DNA of 64,000 bases, from the NCBI GenBank assembly GCA_024644105.1, contig JAHELP010000001.1, positions 20,672 to 84,671 on the forward strand, read 5' to 3'. This document shows positions 56,644 through 64,000 of this stretch, in pieces; within the stretch, counting starts at the first letter, position 1; each line of letters begins with the position of its first letter. The notes beneath the pieces are model-generated. The model made no database searches, was not told the DNA's origin, and was given only the letters and a program-made list of their open reading frames with translations. A program made the position numbers and the translations under genes. This DNA is from Nitrosopumilus sp. (GTDB lineage Archaea; Thermoproteota; Nitrososphaeria; Nitrososphaerales; Nitrosopumilaceae).

Positions 56644-57792
56644 CTAAAACCATTTTGATAGTCTTTCTTTTTCAAATTCAATTTTTTTAGAGAGATTATC
56701 AGATGTTGATTCTGTGAGATTTGTTGATGGTTTATCGTTTGTGAACATATCAACTTCAATTACAGATGCTGTTTCTCTACCAGATTCAATGAAACATCCT
56801 CCTTTTCCATCAAAAAGGACTGAATCTGATTTTGATTGAATTTTTGAAATAATATTTTTAGCAACTGTAATTCCTTCTCCTTCTGCAAAAATTCCTGCTT
56901 TAGGAACTGCCATATTTTCTGCAACGATTAAACTAGTTACATCACCCACTGCAAAGATATTTTCAAAAGGTGTTTTGCAATCTCTATCTATCTGAATGAA
57001 TCCAGATTCTTTTGCTAATCCAGAATCATAGATTACTTTAGGAGCAATATGTGGTGGGATTGCTAAAAGTAAATCAAAATCAGCGTCACTATCTTCAAAA
57101 ATTAATTTTTTATGTTTAACTGATTTTATTTTTGAGGAATTATGAAATACAATCTTTTCAGAGTTGACCATGTCAAGAATTTGTTTACTAACATCTGGTC
57201 CAGCTGCAGGCAGAGTTATAGGGGCTGGACTGTAAAAATCAATTTGAATAGAATCACGAACTCCTCGTTTTCTTAGCATAGCATCAATTAGTAAACTAGC
57301 CTCAAATGGTGCTGGAGGACATTTGTAAGGCATGCCCATTATGGATATTGCAATTTTTCCGGATGTTATGGTCTCAAGTTTTTCGTGAATTTGTGAAAGT
57401 TGTTTGTGATCATATAGATTGAATCCATTTTCTTCTAACCCAGGAATTTTTTGAGGTGCTAATACAGCACCCATTGAAATTATTAGAAAATCAAAAGAGA
57501 TTGTTTGGGATTTTGTTTCAATATTCTTCTTTTCAGGATTAATTGATATTATTTCATCTTTAATGAAATTGATTTCTTTTTTTTCTAATTCATTTAATGA
57601 TCCAATTGAATTTTCAAAAGTTCGTGTTCCATTTATGATCCATAACTTTGCAAACCCAACCATAAACCAGTCTTTTTTATCAATTAAAGTAATTTTTACT
57701 TTAGATGATGATAGTGAGTTTCGTATCTCATTAGCAGCTGATAATCCACCAAAACCGCCACCTAAAATTACAACATGGGGAATATTTGACAA
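56644..57792 (-). CDS. FAD-dependent oxidoreductase, sulfide:quinone oxidoreductase/FCSD-like
   Basis: GGGFGG, YKCPPAPFE, FAVGDV, PKAG.FA, GCFIESG. Confidence 0.85.
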   Translation of the reverse strand: MSNIPHVVILGGGFGGLSAANEIRNSLSSSKVKITLIDKKDWFMVGFAKLWIINGTRTFENSIGSLNELEKKEINFIKDEIISINPEKKNIETKSQTISFDFLIISMGAVLAPQKIPGLEENGFNLYDHKQLSQIHEKLETITSGKIAISIMGMPYKCPPAPFEASLLIDAMLRKRGVRDSIQIDFYSPAPITLPAAGPDVSKQILDMVNSEKIVFHNSSKIKSVKHKKLIFEDSDADFDLLLAIPPHIAPKVIYDSGLAKESGFIQIDRDCKTPFENIFAVGDVTSLIVAENMAVPKAGIFAEGEGITVAKNIISKIQSKSDSVLFDGKGGCFIESGRETASVIEVDMFTNDKPSTNLTESTSDNLSKKIEFEKERLSKWF

Positions 57793-57793
57793 A

Positions 57794-58534
57794 TTAACGT
57801 TCTTGAGTTGTAGGTCTAATCAGAATTTCATTTACATTAACGTGATTTGGTGAATCAACTGCATACAAAATTGCTTTTGCAATATCTTCTGCTTGTAAAG
57901 CTTCCATCTTCTTTGTATTTTCTACAAAGCCTTGTAGGGATTCATCAGTGATTGTATCATTTAGTTCTGTAGCAACTACTCCAGGTTCAATACTGGTTAC
58001 TCTAATGTTTGAGCGTACACTGAATTCTTGTCTCAGGCCCTCACTAAATGCAGCAACTGCATGTTTTGTTGCACAGTATACACTACCAGCAGGAAATACA
58101 ATTCTTCCAGCTACAGATGAGAGATTAACAATATGACCAGACTTTTTTTCTTTCATATGAGAAATTACAGCACCTGTAGAATACAAAACACCTTTGATAT
58201 TCACATCTATCATTCTATCCCATTCATCAACTTTGAGACTTTTGAAAAAACTTAGAGGCATTAAACCTGCATTGTTTACAAGAATATCTATAGAACCCCA
58301 TTTGTCTAAAACTGCTTTAGCAAAATCTTCACATTCAGATCTTTGAGTTACATCAAGTTTTTGGAAAAATACTTCTCCACCATCAGAAGAGATTTTTTTA
58401 GCTAGCTCTTCTAATCTATCAACTCGTCTAGCACCTATTGCAATTTTTGCGCCAGCTTTTGATAACTCTAAAGCAGTTGCAAAACCAATACCACTACTGG
58501 CTCCAGTAATTATTGCAACTTTATCTTTAATCAC
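57794..58534 (-). CDS. Short-chain dehydrogenase/reductase (YdfG-like)
   Basis: TGASSGIG, ARR, NNAG, YCATK; start likely GTG 58534. Confidence 0.92.
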   Translation of the reverse strand: MIKDKVAIITGASSGIGFATALELSKAGAKIAIGARRVDRLEELAKKISSDGGEVFFQKLDVTQRSECEDFAKAVLDKWGSIDILVNNAGLMPLSFFKSLKVDEWDRMIDVNIKGVLYSTGAVISHMKEKKSGHIVNLSSVAGRIVFPAGSVYCATKHAVAAFSEGLRQEFSVRSNIRVTSIEPGVVATELNDTITDESLQGFVENTKKMEALQAEDIAKAILYAVDSPNHVNVNEILIRPTTQER

Positions 58535-58631
58535 AAACAAACTAAATTTGAACATCGTAAAAATGTTTAGACATTAAGAAATCTCAAGAAATACTGGCAC
58601 CTTTATTAAAAGAAAAGTAGTAGTTGAAAAT

Positions 58632-58853
58632 ATGGAATCAGAAAAATGTGCATATTGTGGAGATCTTACAGATATGCCATTTCAATGCAATTATTGCAAA
58701 GATCCTTTCTGTGCAGAACACAGACTACCTGAAGAACATAGATGTGTAAAACTAAGCCAAATTAGAGCTAAAAGATTTGGAGAGAGAAAAGTTATTCGCG
58801 ATGGTGGACCTAACAGACCTAATATTTTAAAACGAATTTTTGGAAGATTTTAA
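58632..58853 (+). CDS. AN1-type zinc finger protein
   Basis: CAYC...PFQCNYC...FCAEHRLPEEHRC. Confidence 0.9.
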   Translation: MESEKCAYCGDLTDMPFQCNYCKDPFCAEHRLPEEHRCVKLSQIRAKRFGERKVIRDGGPNRPNILKRIFGRF

Positions 58854-58855
58854 AA

Positions 58856-59140
58856 TTAATATGGACTTTTGTCAGGTGAGATTTTTGCTCTTCTCCCCTG
58901 ATAAATTAAAGCAATAGCAAGTGCAAACATTACCATTGCAGTCAACGGAAAATTTTGTGGTGCTGGTAGAATAAACCAATAGTAAATTCCAAAACCAATT
59001 GATACAATTGCCTGTGTCCATAATTTGATCCATTTTGGTATTTTTGCTAGACGACTAATAACTTCAACCAGGAAAATTCCAATTACAGGATATATTGTGT
59101 AAAAAAGAAAATCTATAACATCAACGCCTGTATGAGACAT
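58856..59140 (-). CDS. Small three-TM hypothetical protein
   Basis: Three hydrophobic segments. Confidence 0.7.
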   Translation of the reverse strand: MSHTGVDVIDFLFYTIYPVIGIFLVEVISRLAKIPKWIKLWTQAIVSIGFGIYYWFILPAPQNFPLTAMVMFALAIALIYQGRRAKISPDKSPY

Positions 59141-59171
59141 ATTATTCGGTAATGATAGGTATAATTTCTAT

Positions 59172-59729
59172 CTAATCTTCCAAATGGACCTTAGTTGCAA
59201 CATTTTTGGCAATTAGAGCCTGAGCATTCTCATATGGAATTGTAGCTATATCTTCAGTTTTGAAAGGCCCATATTTTTCAAGATCAGCTCCAACAATCTC
59301 ATCAACTTCATTTAGAAATCTAACAACGATTTTCTTAGTTTTGTGATTTTGGGCTAATGATTCTAAAAATTTTGATTTACCGTTAATTGTTGCTGAAAGA
59401 ATCATTTCTGTTCTCTCTTTTTGATCTTCTTGTGAATCAAAAATAAATTTTTCTTCATCTAAAAGATTACTAATTTCTATATCTGAAGTTTTTGAAATTT
59501 TTTCTAATCTTATTTCTATCAGTAAAGTTGTTAATTCAATAACCATATCAATCATTGTATCTTTTATTTTATTTTCCACTCCATCAAATTCTTGCTTTCG
59601 TAAATTTCCAATAAAATCAGCTAGATTTCTGTAAAAATCGGGATCAATTTCTTCAATGGAATCACTTTCAGTTTCACGTAAAACTGTATGATGAAGGGAA
59701 ATGATATTGATTTGATTTGATTCTGACAT
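59172..59729 (-). CDS. GINS complex subunit (Gins51/Gins15)
   Basis: IDPDFY, RLEKI, EEK, C-terminal VRFL...IVGADLEKYGPF..EDIATIPYENA. Confidence 0.88.
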   Translation of the reverse strand: MSESNQINIISLHHTVLRETESDSIEEIDPDFYRNLADFIGNLRKQEFDGVENKIKDTMIDMVIELTTLLIEIRLEKISKTSDIEISNLLDEEKFIFDSQEDQKERTEMILSATINGKSKFLESLAQNHKTKKIVVRFLNEVDEIVGADLEKYGPFKTEDIATIPYENAQALIAKNVATKVHLED

Positions 59730-59770
59730 TTCTTACCTAATCCTTAAATGGCTGATGTATTTGTGTTTGA

Positions 59771-61239
<1,469 letters not shown>

Positions 61240-61243
<4 letters not shown>

Positions 61244-61518
61244 GCTCTTCCAGTTAATTGAAAAATATAGTATAATGAAATAGCCATTAAAGCAAATCCA
61301 CTTCCTAGAAATATTGCTCTTTTACTTTCAGATGTTGCGGCTCGGTATAACAAAACTCCACCGGCAAGACCTACAAATAATACCAACACACCAGATATTG
61401 TCCCATCAAAACTAGTGTTTGTAATAAGAGGATGAAAGAGACCTGCAAGTAATGCAAAAAATGCAACTAGGTAAACATACTTGAAACCAGTTAACATTGT
61501 AGAGGATGTTTTATTCAA
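61240..61518 (-). CDS. Small three-TM hypothetical protein
   Basis: Three hydrophobic segments. Confidence 0.7.
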
Positions 61519-61571
61519 TATTGTTCGTAAATTTGTTTAGCAATTAAAGTTTTGAAAAATTTCAAAATGAT

Positions 61572-63290
61572 TTACATCATTCCGCCCATGTCAGGCATTC
61601 CACCCATACCTGGCATGCCGCCCATTCCACCCATTCCAGGTGGCATTCCTGGCATTCCACCTTCTCCTCCACCTGGAGGTCCTCCTGCAGATTTCTGAGT
61701 TGCAATAACATCATCTATTCTTAGAATCATGCATGCAGCTTCTGCAGCAGCTGAAACAATTTGAAGTTTAACTGCAAGGGGTTCAATGATATCACTTGAT
61801 TTCATATTACCAATCTTTGCTTTCATTACATCAATTCCAGTCCATTTTTCTCCTTTCTGTTGTTTAGAACGAAGAAGTGTAAGAGTGTCAATTGGATCCA
61901 TTCCTGCATTATCAGCTAGAGCCATTGGAATTTCTTCTAATGCATCTGCAAATTTTTCTGCTGCTAGTTGTTCTCTACCTTCCAAAGATTTTGCCCAACC
62001 ACGAATTTTGGTTGCTGCAAATGTTTCTGGAGCTCCACCACCTGCAACTATCTCAGGTTTTAAAATTACATCTTTTACAACCATTAAAGCATCATGAACA
62101 GAGCGTTCAACTTCATCAACTACTCTTTGAGAACCAGCACGAAGAAGTAATGTGACAGCCTTTGGATGTTTACAACCTTCAACAAATACCCATTTGTCTT
62201 CTTCAATTTTTCTTTCTTCAACAACTTCAGCAGAACCAAGATCTTTTTCAAAAAGATCATCAAGATTTGTAACTATTCTGGCTCCTGTTGCTTTTGCAAG
62301 TTTTGTAAGATCACTTTCTTTAATTCTTCTAACTGCAATTATACCTGCTTTTGCTAGATAATGTTGAGCCATATCATCTAATCCTTTTTGACATAAGACT
62401 ACATTTGCACCAGAACCAATGACTTTGTCAACCATTGTTTTTAACATTCTATTTTCTTCATCTAGGAATGATTTTAGTTGTTGAGGATTTGAAATGTTAA
62501 TTTTAGCATCAGTTTCGGTTTTACTAATTTCTAATGCAGTATTAATTAATGCAATTTTAGCATCAGTGATTTTTCTAGGCATACCACCATGAACAATTTC
62601 TTTATCAAGAACAATTCCTTGAATAATCATTGAATCTTTGATTGAACCACCTGCTTTCTTTTCAACTTTAATATCATCAATGTCTACATCAAAAGATTCA
62701 CCATCCTTTTCAGCAACAGCAAGTACCGATTTTACTATAATATCTGCAAGGAGATCAGAGTCTTTTCTAACAAGTTTTGTTTGCATTGAAGTTTTTGCAA
62801 TTTTATTTAGAATATTTTTATCATTTGCTGTAATTGTATCTGCAATTTCTTCAAGGTATTCTTTTGCCTTTCTTGCAGCTTTTCTATATCCATCAACAAT
62901 AATTGTTGGATGAACATCTTGATCAATTAATGATTCAGCTTGTGATAGTAATGCACCTGCTAAGATAACTGCAGATGTTGTTCCATCTCCAACTTCATTA
63001 TCTGTAGTTTTTGAGATTTCTACTAGCATTTTTGCTGCTGGATGTTGAACATCAATTTCTTTTAAGATGGTTGCACCATCATTTGTAATAGTAACATCAC
63101 CTAGTGAGTCAACTAGCATTTTATCCATTCCTCGTGGACCTAGGCTTGTATGAACAATTTCAGAAATGATTTTGGCTGCAGCAATGTTATTTTTTTGGGC
63201 TTCTCGTCCTTTGGTTTCAGAACCGCCCTCTTTGAGTAATACAACGGGCATATTACCTTTTGAAGTTGCTTGCATTCCCATAGATGCCAA
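61572..63290 (-). CDS. ths: Thermosome (group II chaperonin) subunit
   Basis: [38 protein letters not shown]-rich tail; start TTG 63290 or ATG 63281. Confidence 0.97.
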   Translation of the reverse strand: MASMGMQATSKGNMPVVLLKEGGSETKGREAQKNNIAAAKIISEIVHTSLGPRGMDKMLVDSLGDVTITNDGATILKEIDVQHPAAKMLVEISKTTDNEVGDGTTSAVILAGALLSQAESLIDQDVHPTIIVDGYRKAARKAKEYLEEIADTITANDKNILNKIAKTSMQTKLVRKDSDLLADIIVKSVLAVAEKDGESFDVDIDDIKVEKKAGGSIKDSMIIQGIVLDKEIVHGGMPRKITDAKIALINTALEISKTETDAKINISNPQQLKSFLDEENRMLKTMVDKVIGSGANVVLCQKGLDDMAQHYLAKAGIIAVRRIKESDLTKLAKATGARIVTNLDDLFEKDLGSAEVVEERKIEEDKWVFVEGCKHPKAVTLLLRAGSQRVVDEVERSVHDALMVVKDVILKPEIVAGGGAPETFAATKIRGWAKSLEGREQLAAEKFADALEEIPMALADNAGMDPIDTLTLLRSKQQKGEKWTGIDVMKAKIGNMKSSDIIEPLAVKLQIVSAAAEAACMILRIDDVIATQKSAGGPPGGGEGGMPGMPPGMGGMGGMPGMGGMPDMGGMM

Positions 63291-63305
63291 AACTCCGGAT
63301 TCCCC

Positions 63306-63360
63306 TTTTATACCTTCCAGATCAAGATCGGTGTTTTTGAAATCATATCGGTGTTTTTAA
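63306..63360 (-). promoter_or_regulatory. Thermosome promoter: TATA box plus 20-bp-period direct repeat ATCGGTGTTTTT x2
   Basis: TATAAAA on - strand at 63306-63312; repeats at 63327-63338 and 63347-63358. Confidence 0.6.
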
Positions 63361-63384
63361 ATTGGGAAAATTAAGTTGCAAAAT

Positions 63385-64000
63385 ATGGCTAAATCACAGA
63401 ATAAAGCATCTTATGATAAAATTTTTGCAAAATTAAAAGAACACCACAAATGGTTTGAAAATTCAATTCCATTGATTGCAAGTGAGAATATTCCTAGTCC
63501 AGCAGTTAGAGAAGCAATAATTTCTGATTTTGGAAATAGATATGCTGAAGGATGGCCTGGTGAGAGAGTATACGCGGGTTGTGTCTACATTGATGATGTA
63601 GAGTTTGAATGTATGAAATTAGCTAAAAAGTTATACAAAGCAAAATTTGCTGATGTAAGACCAATTTCTGGTGTTGTTGCAAATTTAGCAGTGTATTCTG
63701 CATTTACAAATCCTGGAGACATTATGTTAGCACCTTCTATACCAGCAGGTGGACATATTTCACATGGTAAAAAAGAACATTCAGGAACTGCAGGTTTGGT
63801 ACATGGATTGGAAATAGAGTTCTATCCATTTGATGCAGAAGAAATGACAATTGATGTAGATAAGACAAAACAAAAAGTTAAAGATCTTAAAAAAGCAAAT
63901 CGTCTTCCTAAGATGGCAATGTTTGGTGGTTCGTTATTCTTGTTTCCTCATCCTGTAAAAGAATTATCAGATTTTCTAAAAAGTTATGGAATGCATATCA
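63385..64000 (+). CDS. glyA: Serine hydroxymethyltransferase (truncated by window end)
   Basis: Manual translation: LIASEN, NRYAEGWPGERVYAGC, RPISGVVAN, GGHISH. Confidence 0.95.
   Translation, partial: MAKSQNKASYDKIFAKLKEHHKWFENSIPLIASENIPSPAVREAIISDFGNRYAEGWPGERVYAGCVYIDDVEFECMKLAKKLYKAKFADVRPISGVVANLAVYSAFTNPGDIMLAPSIPAGGHISHGKKEHSGTAGLVHGLEIEFYPFDAEEMTIDVDKTKQKVKDLKKANRLPKMAMFGGSLFLFPHPVKELSDFLKSYGMHI

Noticed and set aside
61572..61690. Low-complexity repeat at the thermosome 3' end
   Set aside because: Encodes the ordinary Gly-Gly-Met chaperonin tail
63166..63360. 64-aa + strand ORF spanning the thermosome start
   Set aside because: Antisense to the thermosome and runs over its promoter; no coding signal

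Overview
AT-rich, densely coding archaeal chromosome segment. The gene set (egsA, psmB, aCPSF1, rpoL-tfs-pcn, GINS, thermosome, PEF-CTERM and cupredoxin proteins, MtrA-like protein, Amt/P-II) and its sequence style point to a Nitrosopumilus-like ammonia-oxidising archaeon; this is inference from gene content, not a database hit. Most of the window is housekeeping. There are three tRNAs: Val-GAC with an unusual C33, Arg-CCT with an 18-nt intron in the D-loop, and Pro-GGG. I saw no transposase, integrase or CRISPR array. The most interesting part is a ~14 kb accessory block (34.2-48.4 kb) with two modules. (i) A nitrogen-sensing module: Cache/HAMP class III cyclase, Amt, a triple 11-bp operator-like repeat, a degenerate P-II, two unannotated translationally coupled ~30-aa membrane peptides, and a P-II with a candidate ribbon-helix-helix C-terminal domain. 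(ii) A candidate beta-amino-acid osmolyte module: KamA-family aminomutase, a second glutamine synthetase with an altered substrate loop, an MscS channel and an APC permease. Small ORFs missing from the ORF track include a metallothionein-like peptide (14234-14359), a 51-aa Zn-finger-like protein and a tandem pair of paralogous ~50-aa proteins. All family assignments are from motif recognition by eye.
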